Source: Oligoflexia bacterium (GTDB lineage: Bacteria; Bdellovibrionota; Bdellovibrionia; JABDDW01). Taken from it: a DNA stretch of 16,513 nucleotides. The stretch spans positions 1-16,513 of the forward strand of contig JAYTHU010000044.1 of assembly GCA_043732305.1 (NCBI GenBank), written 5' to 3'. This document shows positions 1-7,483 of this stretch, piece after piece; positions within the stretch are counted from its first letter, which is position 1, and the number at the start of each line of letters is the position of its first letter. Below the pieces are notes generated by a model. It was not told the origin of the DNA. It worked only from the letters and a program-made list of their open reading frames with translations, and did no database searches. The translations under genes were made by a program, and so were the position numbers.

Positions 1-1233
1 CTTACTGAACTCATGAAACACATTCAAGAACAAGTCTTCTGACTTGTCATATGTCGCTCCGAGATAACTTCCACTGTTTTGGAAAAAGAGTTGACCATAG
101 CCTAATGTCGCGAAGGAGTGCCAATCCTCTGCAAAATGAAATTGCAGCTGAGAGTTCCACGTTTGAAGTTTTGCTAAAACAAAATTGCCGGAGACGTCGT
201 TGCCGCCAATTCCGGGATCTAGATTTGCAGAGGGAGTGGCACTCGCTCCCGTCGCAGAGGTTGCTTGAGGAAGTCCTGCAAAACCATTGAACGAATCCCC
301 GTAACCGGCACCGGTGGTGAATTCGCCGGCAAAGGTCAAAGTATTAGAGATATCCTTGCCATCTTTAGAAGGAATAATTGGAATAAGGGTGTCGATGGCG
401 ATGGCCTCTCCATAAAATCGAGCAAGATCTCCAGTAGACAAATCATTACTGGCATTGGTGACATACTGACGAAGCGTTCCGGTCACTGCGAGAGTCATAG
501 ATTCTGCATTGATATCTCCAGTGGCACTTGAGAAACCTGATTTTATTGAACCAACGGAATATCTGGCTCCCGCATCGATGTTTGGCATTTGAGAATCACG
601 CTGAGAAGGACGCGCAAGGGAAACTCCCAATTGCAGTTTATCTGACTCATTCATCTGAATGGTCTTGATTCCGGTGATCTGCGTAGTCCGTTGATAAATC
701 GTACCTGCCACAGGGTTGACTGAAACAGTTGAAAGCACATAACTTGGATTCCAACCAAAGAATGACCAATATTGCCCGGCTGAAATACTCCAACCGTTAT
801 TTTCGGCACTGAAGTAAGCATGGCGAATGCGCATTGTAGGATTGGAATAAAACGCGGCTTCTGTTGTTGCAGGAACCAAAGGATCATAACCAAGAAAATC
901 CAACTCAAAGTAGCCCTTTGTTTTCCAGTCATTTTGAGTCGGAGGCAGAACCGTGAAGGCAAGTCTGGTGTTTCGAATCGAAATCTGTGTCTGGCCATTG
1001 TCACCCTTGACGGTGCTCGGTTTTGAAACAGGATTATTTCCAATTGTTTCAACAAAACTTCTTGTTGAATCATAGATGGTGTCGACCTCGACAAACCCAC
1101 CCATCAATATTTTCCAATCGTCCTTATCGAGAAGAGTCACCGACGCTTGAGACAAAGAATTAGCCAGAAGCGTGGAAATAAAAATGAATGAGAATAAACT
1201 GAGTAAAAATAACTTAGGATAAAATCTCAACAT
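1..1233 (-). CDS. Outer-membrane porin, DcaP-like (partial; 3' end beyond the left edge of the window)
   Basis: Not in the ORF track because there is no stop in the window. Manual translation from ATG at 1233 is open for 411 codons to position 1: signal peptide MLRFYPKLFLLSLFSFIFISTLLANSLSQA, then GGFVEVDTIYDS, SIRNTRLAF, KGYFELDFLG, MRIRHAYF, AGQYWSFFG, QRTTQI. These match DcaP-type porin motifs, with amphipathic strands. A GGGGG RBS-like run lies 7 nt upstream. Confidence 0.8.
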   Translation of the reverse strand, partial: MLRFYPKLFLLSLFSFIFISTLLANSLSQASVTLLDKDDWKILMGGFVEVDTIYDSTRSFVETIGNNPVSKPSTVKGDNGQTQISIRNTRLAFTVLPPTQNDWKTKGYFELDFLGYDPLVPATTEAAFYSNPTMRIRHAYFSAENNGWSISAGQYWSFFGWNPSYVLSTVSVNPVAGTIYQRTTQITGIKTIQMNESDKLQLGVSLARPSQRDSQMPNIDAGARYSVGSIKSGFSSATGDINAESMTLAVTGTLRQYVTNASNDLSTGDLARFYGEAIAIDTLIPIIPSKDGKDISNTLTFAGEFTTGAGYGDSFNGFAGLPQATSATGASATPSANLDPGIGGNDVSGNFVLAKLQTWNSQLQFHFAEDWHSFATLGYGQLFFQNSGSYLGATYDKSEDLFLNVFHEFSK

Positions 1234-1307
1234 AAAAAAACCCCCAGGGCAAACAGTTGAATGCAGGTTACAATCAAAAGCTAATTCAGTTTTTTAAGAT
1301 TTGCATA

Positions 1308-1730
1308 TTAAGAATCTGTTAAGGTCATCCCAATAGCTGAAAGCCATTCAGGTGTAGGATCAATAAGCTTGCGGGTAGCCAAATCAAACAGTCCAAAGCT
1401 TAAAAGTGCAATGCATGCTTCTTCGCCTTTTTCATTCATGAAGACCTGTTTTATTTTCCCAATTTTTCCGCGGTATTCTGTGCAATGAGTTTTTATTGTG
1501 ACATTTTCGCGTAGCTTTAATTCTCTTCTAAACGCAATGTTCACATCGAGAATCACCGGACCTTGCTTGATCTCCATTATTTTTTTAAGACCATACCCAC
1601 GGTCGGTGATCAGCTCCCAACGCGCTTCTTCTAACATTTGAAGATAAATAGCGTTGTTCACATGACCGAAAGTGTCGAGATGATGCTCTTTAATAATAAT
1701 CCGATAATCAAAAACTTCTGATGCGCTCAT
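1308..1730 (-). CDS. Acyl-CoA thioesterase, hot-dog fold (4HBT/YbgC/FadM family)
   Basis: 140 aa with the motif LDTFGHVNNAIYLQMLEEARW (D-x-x-GHVNN-x-x-Y), typical of the family; start overlaps the upstream stop (ATGA). Confidence 0.92.
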   Translation of the reverse strand: MSASEVFDYRIIIKEHHLDTFGHVNNAIYLQMLEEARWELITDRGYGLKKIMEIKQGPVILDVNIAFRRELKLRENVTIKTHCTEYRGKIGKIKQVFMNEKGEEACIALLSFGLFDLATRKLIDPTPEWLSAIGMTLTDS

Positions 1731-2182
1731 TGGCTTATTTCCTTAAAAGCAATTGGTCGAGTTCTCTTCAATGTGTCTCCGCTAATAATATCTGCTAAAA
1801 TGAAGCGGCATCGTCCGTTGATAGTTGTGGTTGCGATATCTTGAGCCTGTCCAAGATTCACATAATTCTTATCAAGCAACCTGCCAATATTTCTTGCGAC
1901 TTCTACCAGATACGCTTGCTCTTCTTTTTCAACCAGAGAGAGTCTGCGACGAGCTTCATCAAATTGTCTGAAACCAGATTTATCCTGATCAAGTTTATAA
2001 ATCTCAATCAATCGATCATTGATTTCAACTAATGCCAGTGCGGCAACTTCCACCGTTAGTCCTTCAGCAAAATCCCCTTCTTCAGGTGCTTTGAATTTGA
2101 TTTTGTTTTTTGCGAAAACTTCGCTTGAGGTGAATCCTAAAATTAGAGCGCCGATCGCAAGCCATATGACAAACTTCATCAT
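1727..2182 (-). CDS. Secreted hypothetical protein
   Basis: Signal peptide MMKFVIWLAIGALILGFTSSEVFA; GGGAGGGA RBS upstream; 4-nt overlap with the thioesterase suggests translational coupling. Confidence 0.75.
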   Translation of the reverse strand: MMKFVIWLAIGALILGFTSSEVFAKNKIKFKAPEEGDFAEGLTVEVAALALVEINDRLIEIYKLDQDKSGFRQFDEARRRLSLVEKEEQAYLVEVARNIGRLLDKNYVNLGQAQDIATTTINGRCRFILADIISGDTLKRTRPIAFKEISQ

Positions 2183-2272
2183 TTATTCCCTCCCATTCAC
2201 AGTACTTTTAGGTCATGTTTTGATCTTTTACAACTTTAGAATTTCCACTAACCGGACTTTAGGTCCGTACAA

Positions 2273-2288
2273 AGCACTAACCATGCCT
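2273..2288 (-). promoter_or_regulatory. sigma54-like -24/-12 promoter for the 2182 operon
   Basis: Minus strand AGGCATGGTTAGTGCT, exact GG-N10-GC spacing, about 90 nt upstream of ATG 2182. Confidence 0.4.
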
Positions 2289-2326
2289 TGGTCCCCATGA
2301 CCTCCGCCTAAGTCTTTGACGTTTTC

Positions 2327-2353
2327 TCACGATTTGTTTTGTCTCGCCGATAA
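2327..2353 (+). promoter_or_regulatory. sigma28 (FliA)-like promoter
   Basis: TCACG-N14-GCCGATAA; the -10 element is a perfect sigma28 consensus, 9 nt before ATG 2363. Confidence 0.6.
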
Positions 2354-2362
2354 GTTATCAGG

Positions 2363-3811
2363 ATGAATGCACAGACCTTAGCAATCGAAAAAAATGAAGT
2401 GACAGACAACACAATCACCGCGGTGGCACTGGGTCTGCTCGTGGTTTCGCTTTTTCTCCTATGGAATGAAGATATTCTTTATAGCTGGTTCAGCGGTGAC
2501 CAGGGAAACCGTCCCGTCGTTGCTAGCGTCAATCCAAACCAAACAGATGTTCGCCACAAAAGCTACGATGATTTTTCTTGGTTTCCCCTCAGCAAAGTAG
2601 CCACAGTTTTGAATGATGATTCGATCTTCACCGGAAATCGCGCTGAGGCTTTTGTTACTTTCACAGACGGCTCACGCATTTTACTAACTCAAAATTCACT
2701 AGTGCGATTGCACATGGATGAAAAAACAGGCGCCATTCAAATCGATTTACAAAGGGGCGCAGTTTCAATTAAAACTTCCGCTCAATCAAAGTTTAAAATT
2801 AAAAGAAACAAACAATCGGTTGAAAACGTGATGGCAAGCGAAAATCCAAACGTGCTTCAGCGGTTTCAATCTGATGATCACCCGTCTGCACCGTACCAAC
2901 TTATTGCTCTTGGTGCTCCTGCGGTGCTCACACCTATACAGATCACACCCATGCGAAATGTGGCGCAAGTCGAACCGGCGAAACAACATGCACGCGTTGC
3001 AAAGTTGCGAACAAAAGCAAAAGTAAAGCCAGCAGCTCAACGTGCGATTGCACAAGTGGCACTCCCCAATCCTAAACCTGCGCCAACGCCCGAAGAAGAG
3101 AAGGCCCAGAGGATGTTCACAAATATCACTCAAGCCAATAATCTTAGCTCCACGTCCACTCCAGACGATTACCCCTTTGAGGCACTGGCACGTTTTGCCT
3201 ATCTGTACAGTCCTGGCAATCCAGCTATTCAAGGCGCGATTTCAATCACCGGCTGGTTGAGACAAATATATATCAGTAAATCTGAAGAAGCTCGAGTTCG
3301 TCGAATTGGCCTAGGCGCCGACTACAATAACTCACTGGTCTCTCCCAGTTCAGCGGTAACAAGACAAGCCTTGGGCATCACCACTCTAGAGGGTGATTTG
3401 AAATACAACTTGATTTACGGTTCTTGGTATAAAGATTCTGTCTTGGGAGTGCAAGCCGGATATCAAAGTCTCACATTCGGATATGCACAAACTGGAATGG
3501 TGGCTTCAGGACTTTACTACGGTCAGATGTTCCCGCACTTTTTAGATAGCGCTTTTAATGTGCTTCCATTTTTAAGACATCGAAAATGGATTGAAGCTCA
3601 ACTTAAATATTATTTCATGCCTACAAATTCTACCTTCAAAAGCTCTGGAAACTATGATTTTTCTTTGGCCACCAAAATTTTCATGAAAAATAATTTGTTT
3701 ATTTTTGGAGCTCTAGGATACACTAATTACAATCTCTACGACACCACTCAATCTTTGAGTTCCACTTTTCAAGCCGTTTACGGCACCGCGGGCGTTGGCG
3801 CCCAATTTTAA
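2363..3811 (+). CDS. FecR-like domain protein with N-terminal TM segment and probable C-terminal outer-membrane beta-barrel
   Basis: TM segment ITAVALGLLVVSLFLLW; FecR-like motif DSIFTGNRAEAFVTFTDGSRILLTQNSLVRL...IDLQRGAV; Ala/Pro/Lys-rich linker; aromatic alternating strands ending in a BAM-type signal YGTAGVGAQF. Confidence 0.7.
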   Translation: MNAQTLAIEKNEVTDNTITAVALGLLVVSLFLLWNEDILYSWFSGDQGNRPVVASVNPNQTDVRHKSYDDFSWFPLSKVATVLNDDSIFTGNRAEAFVTFTDGSRILLTQNSLVRLHMDEKTGAIQIDLQRGAVSIKTSAQSKFKIKRNKQSVENVMASENPNVLQRFQSDDHPSAPYQLIALGAPAVLTPIQITPMRNVAQVEPAKQHARVAKLRTKAKVKPAAQRAIAQVALPNPKPAPTPEEEKAQRMFTNITQANNLSSTSTPDDYPFEALARFAYLYSPGNPAIQGAISITGWLRQIYISKSEEARVRRIGLGADYNNSLVSPSSAVTRQALGITTLEGDLKYNLIYGSWYKDSVLGVQAGYQSLTFGYAQTGMVASGLYYGQMFPHFLDSAFNVLPFLRHRKWIEAQLKYYFMPTNSTFKSSGNYDFSLATKIFMKNNLFIFGALGYTNYNLYDTTQSLSSTFQAVYGTAGVGAQF

Positions 3812-3889
3812 TCTAGCGTTCCATATCAGCGCCACACATCCACCCAGCTTTAAAACTCCGGTTTAAACATAAAACTTTTAGCGATGAAT

Positions 3890-3928
3890 TGGGGAAATTC
3901 TCCCCAGTTTTTGCCCAAAATTTCCGCA
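3890..3928. promoter_or_regulatory. Two tandem 17-bp dyad sites, candidate enhancer-binding-protein UAS
   Basis: TGGGGAAATTCTCCCCA (3890-3906) and TGCCCAAAATTTCCGCA (3912-3928), starts 22 bp apart, upstream of a sigma54-like box. Confidence 0.45.
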
Positions 3929-3965
3929 CACCTCGTTTTAAATCGTACTCATTAGTTTTAAGCAC

Positions 3966-3981
3966 TGGCGCGCCCCTTGCT
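3966..3981 (+). promoter_or_regulatory. sigma54 -24/-12 promoter
   Basis: TGGCGCGCCCCTTGCT, close to the consensus TGGCACG-N4-TTGC, 55 nt upstream of ATG 4036. Confidence 0.65.
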
Positions 3982-4035
3982 CATGTGTGCTTTCAAGAAA
4001 TTAAATTTGAAATAATAATTTTAGGAGATGTCAAA

Positions 4036-4680
4036 ATGAAGTTTTCCACCGCCGCAATATCACTTGCCTTGTTGACCGCACTCACTGCTTGCAAAGGCAA
4101 CAACGCTTCTGATAACGCTGCTGCAGTTAAAAACACTGTGAATGCAGAAGGTAACGCTGTCATTGCAGATGCTAACTATGAATCACCCTGCGGAAAGGGT
4201 AACATTGATAACATCGGCGCAGTTATTTACCCTTCGCAACAAACTGAGTATGACATCACCAATCCGACCTTCACCAAGAAACGTTTTTATTACGCTGACA
4301 CGGATTGTAAAACTCCCGCGGTGTCAGTTCTTGAAACTGGCCATCTTGATGTAACCGGAAAATCTACAAAAGTGAACGGTGCTCTCGATGTGAATTTTAA
4401 CTTCGACAAGACGATTGTGATTGTGCAAAGCGAGGCAGCAGTCTCAGTTTTGAATCTTGCTAACTCTTGTGGAATCAATGACTGGGCTTTGAATACTGAA
4501 CGCGATGTGAGTGCCCAAGCTGCATCAATTAAATGTCCTGGAAGAATCGCACCACGTTCGACTCAAGAAATAGCGCAGATCATTAATAATACTCTGTTCC
4601 TGGGAGCTAACGCTGACATGGATGTATCGAAGGGTCGTCCTGAACAATTAGATGCCAAGAATGGTTTTATAAAAAAGTAA
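4036..4680 (+). CDS. Hypothetical lipoprotein (beta-rich, four further Cys)
   Basis: Start re-called from 3889 to ATG 4036 (AGGAG RBS at 4023-4027); signal MKFSTAAISLALLTALTA-C with lipobox LTAC. Confidence 0.8.
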   Translation: MKFSTAAISLALLTALTACKGNNASDNAAAVKNTVNAEGNAVIADANYESPCGKGNIDNIGAVIYPSQQTEYDITNPTFTKKRFYYADTDCKTPAVSVLETGHLDVTGKSTKVNGALDVNFNFDKTIVIVQSEAAVSVLNLANSCGINDWALNTERDVSAQAASIKCPGRIAPRSTQEIAQIINNTLFLGANADMDVSKGRPEQLDAKNGFIKK

Positions 4681-4713
4681 TACATCCCCAACACCCCCCG
4701 CCCACGTTCCCCC

Positions 4714-4746
4714 AAATGGCCCCCTCAAAGGGGCCATTTTCCTTTT
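4714..4746 (+). terminator. Rho-independent terminator
   Basis: Stem AAATGGCCCC (4714-4723), loop CTCAAA, GGGGCCATTT (4730-4739), followed by TCCTTTT; 33 nt after the lipoprotein stop. Confidence 0.75.
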
Positions 4747-4747
4747 C

Positions 4748-4763
4748 TGGCATCGAGTTTGCT
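4748..4763 (+). promoter_or_regulatory. sigma54-like -24/-12 promoter
   Basis: TGGCATCGAGTTTGCT with GG-N10-GC spacing, immediately after the terminator and just upstream of ATG 4776. Confidence 0.5.
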
Positions 4764-4775
4764 TATGAGGAAATT

Positions 4776-5777
4776 ATGAAAATTAGTAAATTACTTTTTT
4801 CACTACTGTTAGTACTTCTTTTGCCTTTGCACGCTTTCGCAAATCATAGCTGGCTTGGTATTGAAGATTTTTGCACGCGAGTACTGATCCATGGATTGCA
4901 AACTACGGAACACACGAAAGAAAAAAGAGGTTTTGTCTCTGCTCCCATAGACTACAAAAATCCAACAGGAAATAAATTAAAATAGTTTATCTGATTATCC
5001 CTGCGCTCAATCCGCAGCAATTCCATGGGGAAGCAAGTTCTATATTATTGGACAAAGCTGCGGCGGACGGGTTCTCGCAAGTTACATCACTAACCCAGAA
5101 AGAAATACCAAACCTGCCGGAATAATTTTTTCTAGCGCAGCTATGCCCAATTATGGAATTTCTGGGACTGGTCAATTTATGGATGACCGACGCCAAATGC
5201 AACGGGAGCTTAATCTTGATCTCGCGCGAGACATCCTCGATATTAAAGAAAAAATTCAACGGTTTCGCGTCCACCTTTCAAGCGTCGGTTTAGATCCTAA
5301 AAGTTCACGCAAACTTTTCGAAATGATTGGTCAAGGAAATAAGGGCGAGTGGGAAAGTCGACTGGCTACAAAACTCAATGAACTCACAGCAAGCTCAAAA
5401 CAAGAAATTCTGCAGTTTTATGCAAGCGTTGGTGGTTTACCCCAACCGTTAAATTATATTCTTAGCAGCACCGAATTTATTCCAGGCACCACTGGTCGGA
5501 TGGAAGCTCGGCGACTCATGAAAAATTAGACAAGCGTCCGCCTCCACCACCTCCGCGTCCGAGTGTTGCAGAAATGAACAAAGCTATGAGTTCAATCCCA
5601 AGTCTCATTACTTTTGCAGATCAAGATGGAATTATCCCACCATCACTAAAGCCACAAGCCGAAAAGCTCTACGGAAATCATGCCCAATTTAAATTAATCT
5701 CGGGAGGCCATCAGGCTATCTTGACCGATGCCGGACGTGATGTGGTTTTAGATTGGATCACTGAGCTTGAGAAGTAG
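4776..5777 (+). pseudogene. Fragmented secreted alpha/beta-hydrolase (proline iminopeptidase/TAP-like)
   Basis: Signal peptide from ATG 4776; N-terminal motif GFVSAPIDYKNPTGNKLK; nucleophile elbow FYIIGQSCGG at about 5038-5067 in the frame of the 5143 ORF; catalytic Asp (ADQDGIIP) and His (SGGHQ) in the 5574 frame. Frame breaks fall at A-runs 4979-4982 and 5521-5525, plus a junction near 5010-5030. Confidence 0.75.
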
Positions 5778-7274
5778 AATTGTGCAAGGTGCAGAGTTTG
5801 CCAAGTTTTCTAATTTACGACTTAAGAGATCGTAATATTCAGCAAGTTTTTTAAACACCGGAGGATTATTTCTGAGTGCACGTGAAGAGGGACTTAAACC
5901 ATCGGGAGATTCTATTTGTCCAAGTGCTAGTTCAATCATGCCTTGATCAAGAGAGAGTTGCACGGGTACAACTTTACCTTCGTACGCCCCTTTCACATGA
6001 TAGCCATCCATAAATCCAAGTCCCCGCATGTAGAGACGATTGGTTCCCGATTTTAAACTTTCCAAATGTGCAAGTATGGGCGCGTGCAAAGTAGGATTAA
6101 TTGTAGCTGCCATGACAGCTGCGTGCGGAGTCATACTGGTATCCCAAAATTTTAATTTCTGAGGATCGCGTATTTCTTCATGATCGCTGGAAACCAGAAC
6201 GGGATCGCCAGCCTGTCCAACGTACGCCGGAACTTTTTTAAATCCAGGTTCATCGTTATCAAAACCATATTGACTCGCAGAGTGATAATAAAGTCCGGGA
6301 GTTCCTTGAGCTTTTCCCATAGCAATATTATGTTGCGCATAATTTTTGAATATTTTCGCAAATTGCGGAGAGAGCGTTTCTTCATTCAGTAAAAGCTTCG
6401 GAAGAAGAAGTTGAAATGCTCCGCCGTCCCAAGTTTTAAGAACAGGTTTCATTTTTCCGTGAGAGTTCGGATTGTTAGAATCGCTCGCATTAAAAAGTTC
6501 GGCACGCAAAGAAGCCACAGATTTTGCCGGCATATCTGGATCAAATGTTTTCTTCATCAAACCCAATGCCCAAGTGACAACGTAGATAGATCTAGCTTCG
6601 GAACCCAAGTTAGAAAATCGATATTCCTCCAATGTCCAAATTTTATTTTCGTATCTGAGATTACCGCCAATAAGTCCGGTCTTGATGTCATAAAAGGCGG
6701 AAAAATCCATACGATCAAAAAGTTTTCCGGCTCGGACACCAAGAGGTGTATCAGGAAAAGTTTCCTTGAGTGTCCATAGAGCGAGAGCAAGATGAATATT
6801 GTCGACGGAGGACACATCCCCGCTTTCCACTTTGAAGTCATGAGAAGTGTTATACCAACTGAAATAAAGACCCGTGTCTTTATGGAAGGGCATGTTTTCC
6901 ATAGAAGTTATTACGCGCTCAAGGTTCACCTTCGCCACGGCACTGTTACGCCCGCGCAGTTTCAGCGCGCCTGTCTGGTTGATAATGTCTAACCCAATGT
7001 TAGTTGGAGAAGTTTTACCATTCATCACTTCGACTGAAAAATGGTCGCCATGCGTGGGAATGATTTTAATTTTGTCTCTAATGAGACCTGTTTCCGGATT
7101 TCGCATGAGCTCTAAGCTCGACCAAGTGTCCTCTTGATAACGTTTATAGGTTTGCATTTGGTTAGGCTGACTAGCTCGCAAAATTTTAGCTGAACCAACG
7201 ATCGGTAGAAACGTGGCAGAAAACCACACAGTAACGAAGCCAATTTTTTTTATTAAACTTTTTTTATTTCTCAT
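5748..7274 (-). CDS. Secreted Glycoamylase-domain (alpha/alpha)6 glycoside hydrolase, beta-1,2-glucanase clan (GH144/GH189/Cgs-like, DUF3131-like)
   Basis: Motifs KTSPTNIGL, GLYFSWY, VSSVDN, GSEARS, TWDGGAFQLLLP, TPHAA, GFMDGY, LDQGM correspond to those of the transglycosylation domain of cyclic beta-1,2-glucan synthase and related glucanases. Start re-called to ATG 7274 (MRNKKSLIKKIGFVTVWFSATFLPIVGSA, signal-like); the track start is 7373. Confidence 0.78.
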   Translation of the reverse strand: MRNKKSLIKKIGFVTVWFSATFLPIVGSAKILRASQPNQMQTYKRYQEDTWSSLELMRNPETGLIRDKIKIIPTHGDHFSVEVMNGKTSPTNIGLDIINQTGALKLRGRNSAVAKVNLERVITSMENMPFHKDTGLYFSWYNTSHDFKVESGDVSSVDNIHLALALWTLKETFPDTPLGVRAGKLFDRMDFSAFYDIKTGLIGGNLRYENKIWTLEEYRFSNLGSEARSIYVVTWALGLMKKTFDPDMPAKSVASLRAELFNASDSNNPNSHGKMKPVLKTWDGGAFQLLLPKLLLNEETLSPQFAKIFKNYAQHNIAMGKAQGTPGLYYHSASQYGFDNDEPGFKKVPAYVGQAGDPVLVSSDHEEIRDPQKLKFWDTSMTPHAAVMAATINPTLHAPILAHLESLKSGTNRLYMRGLGFMDGYHVKGAYEGKVVPVQLSLDQGMIELALGQIESPDGLSPSSRALRNNPPVFKKLAEYYDLLSRKLENLANSAPCTILLLKLSDPI

Positions 7275-7284
7275 ATCCCCTGAA

Positions 7285-7300
7285 AGCAAAGAGAGAACCA
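7285..7300 (-). promoter_or_regulatory. sigma54-like -24/-12 promoter for the glucanase-like gene
   Basis: Minus strand TGGTTCTCTCTTTGCT, GG-N10-GC; the predicted +1 falls at about ATG 7274. Confidence 0.45.
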
Positions 7301-7448
7301 GAATTTCCCCAAATTCTATAATACCACGGTCATAAAAATAACCAGTATGTCTATAGGTCTCGGTGCAATTCATACGCGTTACCTTCGACTAATGTCGAGT
7401 AGATATTATAAAGTGATTGCAAATATAAGATAATTTCACTTATTCGAA

Positions 7449-7477
7449 GAGACATTTTCCATCGCTAATGCTAGGTT
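7449..7477 (+). promoter_or_regulatory. sigma70-like promoter (extended -10) for lpxR
   Basis: GAGACA-17 nt-TAGGTT with TGn extension; 6 nt before ATG 7484, with no SD sequence. Confidence 0.35.
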
Positions 7478-7483
7478 TTTGTC

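Noticed and set aside
51..1100. Short ORFs 51-290, 265-531, 651-1100 and 820-1026
   Set aside because: Shadow or alternative frames of the porin gene at 1-1233(-); no recognisable motifs.
3889..4035. 49-codon N-terminal extension of the lipoprotein ORF
   Set aside because: Overlaps the promoter elements; the RBS and lipoprotein signal begin at ATG 4036.
4979..5529. Programmed -1 ribosomal frameshifting in the hydrolase gene
   Set aside because: No canonical X XXY YYZ slippery heptamer, three shifts would be needed, and an essential segment appears deleted.
7275..7373. 33-codon N-terminal extension of the glucanase-like ORF
   Set aside because: The signal-like sequence starts at 7274, and the extension overlaps a palindrome and a promoter-like box; the longer start is not fully excluded.
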